Of a stretch of DNA of 64,000 bases, positions 49,154 to 62,670 are shown piece after piece. Position 1 is the stretch's first letter. Each line of letters opens with the position of its first letter. Below the pieces are notes generated by a model. It ran no database searches and was not told the DNA's origin. It saw only the letters and a program-made list of their open reading frames with translations. Location of the stretch: contig NC_068988.1 of assembly GCF_001194135.2 (NCBI RefSeq), positions 90,848,287 to 90,912,286 on the forward strand, given 5' to 3'. Source of the stretch: Octopus bimaculoides. Its lineage: Eukaryota. The position numbers and the translations under genes were made by a program.

Positions 49154-50036
49154 GTGGGTTTCAGTTATGTAAGACTAAATTGATGTGTGATGTTGTTGTT
49201 GATGATGATGATGTTGTTGTGTATCGTCAGTCCTGAGTCAGTAATTAGTTGAGTAAATAATTAGGTACAAGTTATAGCTCAAACAATATCATATCTTTGC
49301 CTCATAGAGACCTATATTAAACAGGCAGTGGTTTATTGTATTGTGTATCATGTGACAGTTTAAATATGTAATTTTTCCCATTGTTAGTACAACTAATGTT
49401 CTGAGAGACATTGATCCAGTGAATCTTCACACAAAGGCATTCCAGGCATGACCATCCTATCTTTTTCTTATTTTCTTTTTTTGCAGACAACATATGAAAA
49501 CAACATGATTGTGTTCCCCTATTTGTTTTTTGTTCAAAATAGCAGTGTCTGATTTGAGAAAGATTTGGTTGCTATATCTAGCAGAGGTTTTCTTGATGAC
49601 TCATTTTGTATGTTTGTAGGTATGGTTGTACCTTTTGCATGCCTGTAGGTGAGTGTGGTAAACCTTTTGTGCCCCTGTAAGTGAGTTTTAGACAAAGAGG
49701 ATTTGGTCATATGAATCTTGTTGTTTCTCTACACTTTTTACCGATGGCATGTGCATCCTGGTATGGTGCTTGGATCTAATGGGGGTTACTAATATTGAAG
49801 CTATTTTTTAGTGGTGCTTTATGTTTGTCTGGATCAGGTGGGAGAAATATTTTAGTGGGATAAGATGGTGTTGTAGTGTTCTTATTTTAACATTCCAGCA
49901 CAGCACTCCGTAACACGATTACTGTACACTAGAAGGGTACTTTTAAGAAGATAATTAGATGCTACAAATGCCACACAAGTATTTACGAGGTTTATAGACC
50001 TGCTTGAAACAGCTGCTAAATCTCCTTTTAATCGCA

Positions 50037-50247
50037 TTCATCATCGTCATCATCATTTAATGTTTGCTTTCCATGCTAGCATGGTTTGGATGATTTGACT
50101 GAGGACTGGTGAACCAGATGGCTACACCAGGCTCCAATCTGATTTGGCAGAGTTTCTACTGCTGGATGCCCTTCCTAATGCCAACCACTCTGAGAGTGTA
50201 GTGGGTGCTTTTATGTGCCACTGGCACGATGGCCAGTCAGGAGGTAC
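50037..50247 (-). mobile_element. RTE LINE 3' tail in ALG14 intron 4
   Basis: (CAT)n + TTTCCATGCTAGCATGG...GGATGCCCTTCCTAATGCCAACC. Confidence 0.85.
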
Positions 50248-50535
50248 TGTCTTAAAGAAAGGGTACATTGCATAATGTAGTTCAAGAAAACAGGTAGAAT
50301 GCCTTTGATCACCAAAATTGTCCTAGGGCTGAACAAAACCAATGTTATTTTCTGCTAAAATAGCACACCTTAACAAGATTTTTATACACTTAAACAGTAT
50401 TCCCCAAGCACATTCCGAAACTATGACCATACACTAGATGTGTTCGCAAACAACAGCAGATTGCCTGTCTACATTGTTGATCTTGTTGATGTTATAAAAT
50501 GTAAGTTTTTTCTGTTTCTCTCTTTCTCTCTTCAG

Positions 50536-50706
50536 TATCTCTTCCTGATGGATGTCACCATAGTGTATGTGGAAAGTGTCTGCCGTGTCAAAACTTTGTC
50601 TCTGTCAGCGCAACTGCTCTACCCTTTCATTGACCACCTCCTGGTGCAGTGGCCACAGCTGAAGGAGCGATACAGTGGCGCCGACTTTCTTGGACGGTTA
50701 ATCTAA
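50536..50706 (+). CDS. ALG14: ALG14 exon 5 (last coding exon)
   Basis: Acceptor TTTCTCTCTTCAG|; YLFLMDVTIVYVESVCRVKTLSLSAQLLYPFIDHLLVQWPQLKERYSGADFLGRLI* (hallmarks YVESxCRV, VQWPxL). Confidence 0.95.
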   Translation, partial: YLFLMDVTIVYVESVCRVKTLSLSAQLLYPFIDHLLVQWPQLKERYSGADFLGRLI

Positions 50707-50956
50707 TGTAGTGCAATGGGACAATATCATAACACTGCTACCATCTCTACCAGTACCACTGTTTTACCACTGAGTCTCATTCTAAACCCCAGCTTCTGAT
50801 AATGATCTCTCAACCAATGGACTTGTATTGCAACACCTTGTGTACACTTCTGCTACTGCCGCTGCTGTGCTCTTAACAACATTGCCATAAACTGGAGCAA
50901 CACTACAAAATAGTCTGCCATACACTAGAGGTGCACTTTCAGTAACAGTGTCTTGC

Positions 50957-50962
50957 AATAAA
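50957..50962 (+). other. ALG14: Candidate ALG14 polyadenylation signal
   Basis: AATAAA about 250 nt after the stop codon; no transcript evidence. Confidence 0.3.
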
Positions 50963-51528
50963 ATACCACTTTTGCTTTCAGTAAGTTTTGCCATGCATAA
51001 ATGGGGCCACTTCTAACAACATTGGTATCCACGAAATGTGCATTTCAAATAACATTACAGGTACAACACCAATTGGTTCCAAGTCCTTTCTGGGTTACCT
51101 ATATTTTTCTGAACCAAGGGTGAGTTTCACTAAATTAAACAAACATTAAATTTATTTGAATAATTAAATGAAATACAGGTACTTTGTACATTAGTACCAA
51201 TGATACAAGTTTGTTAGTAATGTACTACGCAAGGTATTTTGAAACGCTCACCCAGTAAACTGGCTTGTGTCCATGGGAATTTGAAGTTCTTGCTTGCAAA
51301 ATAGTGTGGATTATAAGAGATTCAGGACCATCAGTGTCCAGAAAGTTGGTGTTGTACCTGTATCATACACTAGAACAGTGCACCCGAAAATATTGATAGA
51401 CACTAGAATAATATTACTGTCAATATTGCTGTACACTACAAGAAGACATTCCAAAACAATGGCCGCACACTATATGTACACTTCCCTAAAACATTGATGT
51501 ACAGCAAAATTGCACTAAAAACAACTGT

Positions 51529-51529
<1 letters not shown>

Positions 51530-51617
<88 letters not shown>

Positions 51618-51650
51618 ACACACACACACACTCTCACACACACACGCACA
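51530..51650. repeat. (AC)n microsatellite
   Basis: About 60 near-perfect units. Confidence 0.95.
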
Positions 51651-52460
51651 CACCAGACCTGGGCTGCAAACTCTGCTTTGGACTAGAGCTGCACTCCAAA
51701 CTCTGCACTAATCCCTGCTAAATCCAACTCAACTCTGTCTAAGTGGAGCAATGTTAGATTTTAATAGTTTCTCTCTAGTGTATAACATAGCAGAGTATGT
51801 CTGTGTCTATCTATCATTTGACAGAAATATATATATGTGTGTATGTATGTATCTGTCTCTCATACAAATATATATTGCATTGTTAATATATATATGTGTG
51901 TGTGTGTATGTGTGTGTATAGATGCACATTATGTGTGTATATACCTCACACACTTGTCAGTCTAGTATCTCACCATTATTGTAGGGAGGTGCAACAGACT
52001 TAGAAATTATTTTCAGATTTATTGCTTACAAGCTTTATACACACGCATGTCACACAGAGTTTCATCATATAACCAACAAATGTAATCATTGCTACTGTTA
52101 TTGACTTACAAATAGAGAAAACATGATAGTTTCTTTTATATAGTCACTTCCTATTATACTAAGTAACTATGCCTAGAATATAGATTTATATATAGTACTA
52201 GTTGGTATACTGTCTAGTTAACCTGCTCTTAGCATTATATATCTCAAAGTATACAGTATTATAAATTTATTTTAGCCAGTCTTATTGTATACTTTGATTA
52301 ATATACCCACTATTGACAAATGTAATGAGTGTGTATTTTTCTGACTTATGGATTCTTAGCCAACTATATATAATAGTTAATCTTGCCTTATGATATACAT
52401 ATAACACTAGTTTAACTAGATATCCTCACCTCATACTGTGTGTTTGTGTGTGTGTGTGTG

Positions 52461-52504
<44 letters not shown>

Positions 52505-53859
52505 TTCATGGTTAACTCTGTGGTAAGTTGACACAATGCATATTTTCTCCTTGCATTCAATAAAGAAATATTTTAACATAACAAACTTAGATGTTTCTAG
52601 ACTACAACTAACCCCTTCTGTGATGATATTACAAGGATAATCTTTTTCTCTAGAAACACTGAGATTTGGTGGTTGGCTGTTCTGTTGTTTGGTCATAAGT
52701 TTATAAACATATTGTCACTGAAGTTTCAGCCACAGACCATTAGTGATCTTAAACCAACCACTCGTCGTTCAGATGGTTAAAAGACTGAGAAGTGTAAATT
52801 ATCACACTAACTCATTTCAGAAATTCTCTTACAGGTTCACTTTCCACTTACTTGTGTCTCATTGGAATCAAAAGTGTTGTTTTAATCTGCATGATTGAAT
52901 TCTTAGGCTAGCTTACTTAAATTTAAGAATTTTAATTTATGATTTTTCAGTTTTCATGCTAGAATCTCTCAGAGGCTGATGAGTTAATTATTTTGATGGT
53001 GACTAACATAAAGCAGCCTCAGTTTACTAAATCTTTCCAAATTCTTGATTATTTTACCAAATTAGTTGAAACGCATAAGGATTGGGTGTATTTCCACAGA
53101 AATCTGATTACAAAAGTGTTATCTGTCCTAAGTCTGTTAGGTTATGTTCCAAATTCTAGTTTAGCATTGAAAATTTGTTAGTTCTCTTAATCTTTCCAGT
53201 CTCTCAGTTATTTTCTAAATTGAAACACAGAAGGAGTGTATTTCATAGAAATCTGATCACAAAAGTGTTGATATTGGAATTTTGTCCCAAAAGAACTTTA
53301 AACTATTAATATAGTTCTTCAGTATATGAACACACACACACACACACACACACATTTAAGCTTGCTCTGAAATAGTTTTGTGGTTACAGCTTCCACAGAG
53401 GGAACCTGTTCTCTTGTTATTTACAGTGGCTTGAGTAGGGTTTATTTTTATTTTTAATCCTTATTACGATTTGGAGTTGTTACAGAGAAAGATTTCTATA
53501 AATATTGGATATATCCTGCAATATCTGGGATAAATTCTTTGAATCAGTTGATCTCAGACTCTTGCAATGTTTTCATATTCTGGCATAAAAAATCTCTTGT
53601 TTCTAGGTTTTATTTGCCATTATTCCAAAGGCCTCATTTTCAGTGGCAATATATTGCAAATGATATTATGACTACATTAACATTGAACTGATTTTTTTTC
53701 TTTTTGAATTTATTTGCAAGGAATCCAAACACTTAATTTTCAATGCTAATAAAAATTGGACTTTTCTTACAAAATGATTCTGGCTTTAAATGTTTGTTAA
53801 TAATTTCAATAAAATTTGGGAATATAAAAGAGATGGAATAAAACTGAATTTGGTGTGTG

Positions 53860-53958
<99 letters not shown>

Positions 53959-54270
53959 AAATATGTATGTATAAATATGTATGTATGTATAAATATGTAT
54001 GTATAAATATGTATGTATAAATATGTATGNNNNNNNNNNNNNNNNNNNNNNNNNNNNNNNNNNNNNNNNNNNNNNNNNNNNNNNNNNNNNNNNNNNNNNN
54101 NNNNNNNNNNNNNNNNNNNNNNNNNNNNNACCAAGTAAGTGCTGTATACCGACTAGTTTTGCCCCAGATGTGGTTGTAATATGAATGGGGTCGTGTATTA
54201 GCGTGTGTGTATATAAAAAGGAGTGAGATAAAGAGACCAATGGCATAAGTAAATTTATATTTTGTGTAGA

Positions 54271-54323
54271 GTGTCTTACAGCTGTTTCAGGGAAAATTCA
54301 ATGTATCCCCTTCATCGGAGATG
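54271..54323 (-). ncRNA. Minimal type-I hammerhead-like motif (HHR-3) in an inverted PLE-like terminal fragment (54130-54420)
   Basis: Minus strand: CCGATGA-A (U4 replaced by C); stem II GGGGA/TCCCT; GAAAC; palindrome ACAGCTGT; GTA triplet; stem I only 3 bp (TCT/AGA). Confidence 0.55.
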
Positions 54324-54419
54324 GTAGTAGTAGAAGATAGAGATTATAAACATCTGTATGAGTAGATTTGCAGAAAGAAATGAGAGCGATGCGGAGAAGA
54401 AAAAAATTAGATGAAAAAA

Positions 54420-56458
54420 TAATAGAGGTCCTCCACCAAAATAGAGGCCTTTATAACTATCAAAGACCATAAAAAGAACTTCCTATCTAATCCTAAATGT
54501 AGGCTTATTAACCCAGCTAAATCAGAAATTGGCATTATTAGTAAAGAAACTTGGCATTATTAGTAAAGGAAAAATCAATGTGAAAGTCAGGAATGCCACT
54601 AGGTTAGTACAATGGCCCAATAGTATAGAAGTCGTCGACTGGTTTAAAGCTATTAAGAATAAGAATAAAGCGAGATTCACGCAATTCGATATTGTCGATT
54701 TTTATGCCTGTATCTCTAAGGAACTGCTAGATAAAGCCCTCACCTTCGCAAGCGAATTCATAGAAATCAGTACACAGGATAAGGACATAATCTTCCATGC
54801 TAGAAAGACTTTACTCTTCAGCGAGAACGCAGAGTGGGTCAAGACTACCGATACAGAGGGTGCTTTCGATGTGAGCATGGAGTCATATGATGGAGCAGGC
54901 ATATGCGATCTTATTGGACTAGTCCTACTCGATACGTTGGGCAAGACTTTTCCTGACGTATACTTCGTCATTTACAAAGATGATGCCCTAGCTTTAACTG
55001 CAAATACCAATGGACCAGCACAGGATCGGTTTAGGAAGGACATTATCCATTTGATGGAAACTTTCGGCCTTAGCATAGTTACAGATACCAACCTGACGGT
55101 TGTCAATTTCCTGGATGTATCCTTAGATCTAAATAAGAATATTTATAAACCTTATAGGAAGCCCAACGATAGACTTAGTTATATTAATGTGGGTTCCTCC
55201 CACCCCCCAGTGTTTAAAAATTTAGTTAAAAACATTAGCAAAAGAATTTCTAGCCTCTCCTCCGATAGGAACATTTTTAATAGCGATGCCCCAGTATATA
55301 CTAAGGCTCTAAAAGATAGTGGATTTAGCGAAGAAATAACCTTTACACCTGCCACCAGTCCAATAATGCAGAAAAGGAAACATAGGAATAGGAAAACTAT
55401 CTGGTTCACACACCCTTACTCACCCGAAATGACCTTTAATATGGTCAAGTATTTCTTAGCTCTGATAGATAGACATTTTCCAGTCGACCATAGTTACAGA
55501 AAGCTCTTCAATAGACATAACTTAAAAATCAGTTTCAGCTCAACTACTAATTAAAAAAATATAATCGCACACAACACACAAAAACCACAATATGAAACCA
55601 GCTGTTCATGCAGGGATAAAAATTTGTGCGCGCTAAATGGAGCTTGCATGTCCGAGACCATCGTTTATGAAGCCACTGTGGACTCTATATCCACCAAGGA
55701 CACAGTTTCGACGAAGAAATACGTGGGCCTTACAGAGGGAAATTTCAAGGCCAGGTTCAATAATCATACCTTGAGCTTCAGGCACTGGGATAAAAGGAAA
55801 ACGACTAAATTGTCCAGTCATATATGGTCCTTAAAAGATAAAGGTGTCAGTTACAACATCCATTGGAAGATCTTAGCTAAGTGTAAGCCCTACACCAACG
55901 GCAGCGGAACGTGCGGTCTTTATGATATGGAAAGATGGCTCATCTGGAAAAGCAGCTTAGACCCCGCTACATGTCTAAATTCAAGAACTGAACTTTTCGG
56001 AGCATGTCCACATGTGGCTAAATTCTATTACGGACAACAAGTATTTGGTCTCTAGAATATTTCAGTAAGTACACCAGTATAAAAACTCTACGGTTTGGTT
56101 TTGGATATATATTAATTATCCCTATTTACGGAATCATAAGTACTATTCGTTTTCTAGACATATTGGTGAGTCCTGTTTTACTTTAGCACTAGTTTTATCC
56201 TACTACTATGTATACATCCTGGTACCTCCACATAAAGGGATAACCAATAAATTATTTCTCTAGCTCATTTGCTAGTTCACTCTTTTGCCTATCCATTTCA
56301 AGCTTACACTGCAAAATGGTATGATTCTAATATATTGAGCCTTCTGGCCTCATCTCGACGCCCTGTTCTTTCCTCTTCCCTCTTCATTTGATTTATTTTA
56401 TTTTATGTATTTGTATTCACTCTGACGAAGCTCCATGTACTAGATCGAATGTGCTGTA
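54420..56458 (+). mobile_element. 5'-truncated Penelope-like element (RT + C-terminal GIY-YIG endonuclease), pseudogenised
   Basis: [23 protein letters not shown]; FTQFDIVDFY; YKDDAL; VNFLDVSLDL; linker CSCRDKNLCALNGAC; IVY...YVGLTE..FKARFNNH..SF; one in-frame TAA at 55552; about 22-bp tandem duplication frameshift at 54525-54568. Confidence 0.92.
56417..56458 (+). ncRNA. Degenerate hammerhead-like motif (HHR-4) at the PLE 3' end
   Basis: CTGACGA-A 56422-56429; stem II GCTC/GATC (one mismatch); GAAtgtGCTGTA versus GAAacaGCTGTA of HHR-3. Confidence 0.4.
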
Positions 56459-59400
56459 ACGCTGACAGGCATTGCTCTCCCAGTCAGCCTCCTGCATATC
56501 ACAGGCCTTTAATGAGGACTTGACACAGTCCTTAAATCGCAGCCTTGGTTTCTGCCGGAGTCTCTTTCCATTAACAAGTTCCCCATATAACATCTGCTTA
56601 GGGATCCTGCTATTCTTCATTCTAATAAGGTGTCCAGTCCAACGTAACCGGTGCTTGTGTACCATCACCTCAATACTCAAGATATCAGCTGTCTTCAAGA
56701 CTTGTGTGTCTGGAGTTTTTAAGGTCCAGCCAACATTCAGAATATGTCTGAGACATCTCTGATGAAAGCATTCAAGAACCCTTACATGACGTTTGTAAAG
56801 GGTCCATGTCTCACATGAGTAAAGGAGCGATGTCAGTACACATGCACGGTACACAGCAATTTTTGTTTGCTTTGTGATGCTATGCTGGGACCAGACACGA
56901 GACTGAAGAGACCAGAAGGAATCAGTTGCTCTCTGCAGCCTTAAAGATATTTTATCATCTAGGGAGCAAGAACGGCTAAGTGTGCTGCCTAGGTAGATAA
57001 CCTTGTCTACCACTTTCAGAATTGTTCCTTCAACCAAGATAACTGGTTCCACATATGGATTTCCTGGTGCAGGCTGGAACATTACAACAGTCTTGTCTAG
57101 GCTAATGCTGAGTCCAAATACCTTGCAAGAAGCAAAAATACGATTCATAAGTATTTGCATGTCATCTGCATAAAGGAGGTCACGGATAAGAGACTGGAAA
57201 ACTTTTGAATTAGCAGCAAATTGGCGCAGACTAAAGGGGTGACCAGAAGATCGATACCTGACATATATTCCCGGAGAGCTAACCTTAGCAAAAGCATGAG
57301 TAAAAGCAGCAGCAAAGTACAAAGAAAAGAGAGTTGGGGCAAAGATGTCACTCTGCTGGAATCCATTCTTTACAGGAATGGGTCCCGCCATGCCACCACC
57401 AACAGTGACCCAAGCCTCCATCCCATCATGAAATGATTTAATTATAGATACAAAGTGAACCGGACATTCAAGTTTGCCAAGTATTTTTCATAGCAAGGCC
57501 CTATTCACAGTGTCAAAGGCCTTTGTTAAATCAATGAATACCTGGACAAGATCCATATTCTGCTCATAGCACTTCTCCTGCATCTGTCTTGCTGTGAAAA
57601 TCATATCCATTGTCCCTCTACCAGATCGGAAGCCACATTGAGATTCAGATAGGACATCATCATCATCATTTACGAGACACCCATTCAGACAGGTAAGAAG
57701 AATATTTGCCAGAACCTTGCCAGCAGCTGATAGTAGAGCAATACCTCTGTAGTTACCACACATTGTTCTGGCTCCTTTTCCATTATAGAGAGGAAGAATA
57801 ATTGCGTCCTTTCAGTCCTTAGGCATTGCACCTTCCCTCCAGACTACACTAAGTTCATGAAGGGACTGTATGATGTAATCACCACCAGTTCGCAAGACCT
57901 CATCACAAATTCCATCTCTTCAAGGTTCACTATATTTATTGATCTCATTACCTCATCTATTGAGGGCGCGGAATTTAAGGAGCCAGTGATAGGTCTTTGT
58001 TGCATAGTATCAATCACTGTTTCATCCACAACTAACTCATGGTTTAGGAGTTCAGAGAAGTGTTCGATCCAGCGACCTGTGATTTCTATTGATTTAGTAA
58101 ACAGAGTGGAAGACTCCTTGGAAAGCAAAGGATCTGATGCGGAACTCTTAGGCCCATAAAATTGCTTCATAAGATGGTAAAGCTTCTTGCTGTCATTTGC
58201 ATCAGCAGCAGCTTGAACATCACGAGCAAGATCCTCCCACCAAGTGTTCTGCATCTTCTTGGGAGATTGCTGCCGTAGTGATTTTACACTGCTATACTGA
58301 GCAAGTGCTAAATTTCGTGCTCAGCTGAAAGTCCTCTGTGCAGCAATACATCGTGGGCATGGCGCTTTACAACCAATAGTCGCTGAACTTCAGCATCATT
58401 TTCATCAAACCTGTCTCTGTGTCCAGCAGTTGCATATCCCATTGTTTCAGCAGCACATTGATGAACCTGGTCTCGAAAATCTTCCCATTCTGTATTATTT
58501 TTAATACTGGACAAGCGAGTCTGAAGCTCTTTCCTCAACATAGCATCATATATCTTGTGGACATTCAGACGCCGAAGAATGCCGACTGGCCCTCTTCTTT
58601 CTTTCACTCTAAGCATCATCCGGAAGTTTGCTCAGACCAGACGGTTGTCTGTTCAGCATTCCGATCCATGAAAGGTCTTGACATTACAAATGTCATAGAT
58701 GTCACGCTTGTGGATGATGACATAATCCAGCAAGTGCCAAACTTTAGACCTTTGATGCATCCACGTTGTTGTGTGATCACCTTTGTGCATAAAATGAGTG
58801 CTTGCGATATAAAGTCTATGTTCATCGCAAAGCTCCAGCAGCATGAGACCATTTTTGGAATGCTGAACAGACCACAGTCTGGTCTGAGCAAAGTTCCGGA
58901 TGATTCTATTCATTTTCCCTACACCAAAACGTCCTAGGGAGTTCCATGTTTGCCAGTTTGTTCCAACCCTGGCATTGAAATTCCCCAGTAGAATGACTTT
59001 ATCAGAATTGGGAATTTTCCTAAGTATGGCTCTCAGCTGGGTGTAAAAAATAGTCTTATCTTCATCACAACTAGTCAAAGTAGGTGCATAGGCACTTATT
59101 AGAGTAACAAACCGCCCACCTTTCAGGTGCAATCGTAGAGTCATTAAACGTTCATTTATAGGAACAGGAAGCTCCTCCAACTTCTTAAGGTTATCAGATC
59201 GAACTGCAAAGCCAACACCAGCCTCTCTGCGCTCCTCCTTCTGCTTCCCCTTCCCACCCCCAAAAAAGATGTATCCACCTTCTACTTCCTCAAGTTCACC
59301 ATCGCCTTCTATACGAGCCTCTGAAAGTGCAGCTGTATCAATGTTATAGCGGTTCAGCTCACGAGCAGCAAGTGCAGTGCGTCTTTCAGGCCTACAATCA

Positions 59401-59777
59401 CTCTTGTTATTCAACAGCATGCCCACATTCCAATAAGAAAAGTTCAAGTTCCATCCAGATTTTGTAAATAAAAGTCTCTTTGTTTTTCGAGTGCAGGTTG
59501 GACATCCGTCAGTTGCGCTAAACTGATCAGATATAGAAAGGCAGGCAATTTTTGATTCACCTTTTCTAGACCCCTCCAGCCTCCGGGTGAGCAATGACTT
59601 CTCTAAATGGAGCTGCTCAGACACCAATGCAGCAAACTAATCCTACCTCTGTCTTGGGTGACAAGGAGACGACTTTATATCTAGCATGGGCCGCCTACGT
59701 GAAAGTCGTTGACTACATGCTTCCAACCCGTCAGGTCTGCATGCTTCACCACCTTCCCATTGCCGCAAGACTTCCGA
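56459..59777 (-). pseudogene. Near full-length RTE (BovB-like) LINE with stops and frameshifts, lacking its 3' end
   Basis: APE: WNVGML..DTAALSEARI..GVGFAV..LISAYAPT..LGNFNARVG..LLDYVI; RT: NYRGIALLS..ESQCGFRSGRGTMD..FIDLTKAFDTV..LLYADD..YLGS..RLRWTGHLIRM. Confidence 0.93.
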
Positions 59778-60199
59778 ATAAAAAAAAAAATATATATACT
59801 AAAAATAAATAAATATATAAATACATACTAAAAATAAAGATACATATATACTGAAAATAAAATAAATAAATAAATAAATAAATATATATATATATATATA
59901 AGAAAAAAGCAGCACATATCGAGCAGAAGTCAGCAGTGTCTGCGCAAAGTTTTAGGTCCAATAAGGCTCGCACGACACCTTGTAAACCCTCTCCACTTTA
60001 TTGACGTTATCCAGAGACAAGCCAGGGTAAGATGTCTGGTGCCAATATGAGTTGCAGGCTCAGGGATGTGGGAGCACCATGATCTCTAGCACAAACCAAA
60101 GATCCTTAAAATGTTCAATGCCATTCCCTGCATATCTGGTTTTATATCAGAGTGACCTTCTCCTAGAAACATGCTTCAACATCATCCCGGAATTTCTGC

Positions 60200-60520
60200 G
60201 TACCCGTGCTATTGCTAGATAGCCGTTGAGCCTGCTCTAGGTTCATCCGACCTTTCAATAGGTCTTGTTTTTAATCCTGCTGGGTTTCTAGCAACCCTTC
60301 TCACCTTTCTAGCAACCCTTTTCACATTACAATAGAGATGTCATCGTTTCACTTTTGACACGTAATAGTGAAATAGTGTAAGAGATAAGGGATTGCTCCG
60401 GGCTCGCATTAGGCAAGAAATTGCCATAAGTAAGGCATGTGTAAAATTTGAATGAAATCGGTTGAGTAGTTCTCGAGTTTTAGTGATGCACACATACAGA
60501 CAGATACACATTCTCAGCTT
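60200..60520 (+). mobile_element. Possible non-autonomous Helitron-type fragment
   Basis: CCCGTGCTATTGC start and AAATTTGAATGAAATCGGTTGAGTAGTTCTCGAG...CAGACAGA...CTCAGCTTT end resemble Lep1-like Helitron ends; weak. Confidence 0.3.
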
Positions 60521-61294
60521 TCATCATCATCATCATCATCGTTTAACGTCCGCTTTCCATGCTAGCATGGGTTGGACGATTTGACTGAGGACTGGTGCAA
60601 CCGGATGGCAACACCAGGCTCCAATCTAATTTGGCAGAGTTTCTACAGCTGGATGCCCTTCCTAACGCCAACCACTCAGAGAGTGTAGTGGGTGCTTTTA
60701 CGTGTCACCTGCACGAAAACGGCCACGCTCGAAATGGTGTCTTTTATGTGCCACCCGCACAAGAGCCAGTCCAGGGGCACTGGCAACGATCTCGCTCGAA
60801 AACCCTACAAGGCCAGTCAGGCGGTACTGGCAACGGTCACGCTCAGGATGNNNNNNNNNNNNNNNNNNNNNNNNNNNNNNNNNNNNNNNNNNNNNNNNNN
60901 NNNNNNNNNNNNNNNNNNNNNNNNNNNNNNNNNNNNNNNNNNNNNNNNNNNNNNNNNNNNNNNNNNNNNNNNNNNNNNNNNNNNNNNNNNNNNNNNNNNN
61001 NNNNNNNNNNNNNNNNNNNNNNNNNNNNNNNNNNNNNNNNNNNNNNNNNNNNNNNNNNNNNNNNNNNNNNNNNNNNNNNNNNNNNNNACGGGTTCCCTCA
61101 ACTGTTAGGGAGTGGCACTTTTTCATGCAGCTACCCTCCTCCATTCTCACCACATGTCCATACCAGCGCAATCGTCTCTCTTGCACGCCACAACTGATGC
61201 TTCTAATGTTCAGCTTTTCTCTCAAGATACTTACACTCTGACGGGTATGCACATTTACATTACACATCCAGCGGAGCATACTGGCTTCATTGAA
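60521..61294 (-). mobile_element. 5'-truncated RTE LINE (ORF C-terminus + 3' UTR + (GAT)n), central N gap
   Basis: NEASMLRWMCNV...QERRLRWYGHVVRMEEGSC; tail shared with 21934, 37912 and 50037. Confidence 0.88.
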
Positions 61295-62433
61295 GTTCTT
61301 CCACCGGATCGCATTGGTGAAGTAGTTTTATTCTGTTGGTAAAAAAAAGTCATCGACAGCAGATACGATGCCTTCATCAGTGAGATACTGGTTCCTAGCT
61401 ATGTAGTTTTTACATGTTAGGTTAACAGATGATAGTTAGATGGGGCCAATTCAAGAGAATAAGGTAGGTGAGCAACCAGTTCAAAGCCACAGTCACGTAC
61501 AGAGCAGCCATTGAAACCAAGGACTTGTCTTGGAATATTGTTCTAATGAAACAAGACTACTTTCGTCAGTTTTCCTGGGCATTTGGTCTCGATCGCCTTT
61601 TGTAACTGTCTCAGCAAGTTAGCATACTACTCTCCATTGATGGTGTAGCTCTTTTGAAGATAGTCAATAAATACAATGCCTTTTGCATCCTAAAAACTGA
61701 GTCCGTCATCTTCCCAGCAGATGAACCCAATTTGGATTCCTTTGGAGCAAGTGAGGAGAGGTGTTTCCGCTGCATGAATTTTCTCTGTCTTTGTCTCAAA
61801 GTGTTGAATCCAACACTTATCGTGAGTTAGAAAAGCATTCAAGGAAACTAGCTGGATCTGCCTCGAACAATGTCAGCTTTTCTGTGATGTGATTAGCCTG
61901 GTGTGCTTTTGACCAGATGTCAGAAGACGTGGCACCCACCGAGCAGAAACCTTCGTCATGCCAAGTTCATTGTACAGAATACTCTCAACTCTATCACGGG
62001 ATATGCTGATAGCATTGGCTATTTGATTTATAGTCAATTGCCTGTATTTCATCATCAAGTGGTGAACACGATTAATGTTTTCATCGGTGATGGCAGTTGG
62101 AGGACGTCCAGATGTTGGGTCGTCTTCAAAGCTCTCCCTTCACCTCCTAAATTCAGTTGCTCACTTTTTCACTGTTGATAAAGCTGGAGCGTCTTCCCCT
62201 AATGTAGCAAGCATGTCAACACGAATGTCCTTGGGGGCTAAACGCTTTTTTTGAAGGTACTTGATAACACCACGATGCCAAATTTTATCCAGTTTCAAGA
62301 GAAACTGAACCGTCAGGTGTGAGTTTACCCGGAAAGAAACAATAAGAAGAGCTGAATTTAATGCATGCAAGATTTCACAGCTCTAGCAAAACTCATTAGT
62401 AGTCAGCATATGAACTTTTAGATTACCCTCGTA
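61295..62433 (-). mobile_element. Mariner transposon relic (5' TIR + disrupted transposase)
   Basis: TA + CGAGGGTAATCTAAAAGTTC TIR; DDPTSGRP; KVSARWVPRLLT; FELVAHLPYSLELAPSNYHL (YSPDLAP-like). Confidence 0.85.
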
Positions 62434-62545
62434 ACTTTGCCTTTCATCCCTTCGGGGTCGATAAATAAAGTGGCAAATCTGTCATCAGTTTTTCTCTTTC
62501 GTTGTGTCTGTCTATCTTCAGGAAGGAATCGGCAAGTCACTCACG

Positions 62546-62670
<125 letters not shown>

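Noticed and set aside
59590-59777. HDV-like ribozyme in the RTE 5' UTR (hairpin ACGACTTT/AAAGTCGT present)
   Set aside because: I could not build the nested double pseudoknot (no P3/L3/P1.1 or J4/2 C-A motif) by eye; it needs a descriptor search
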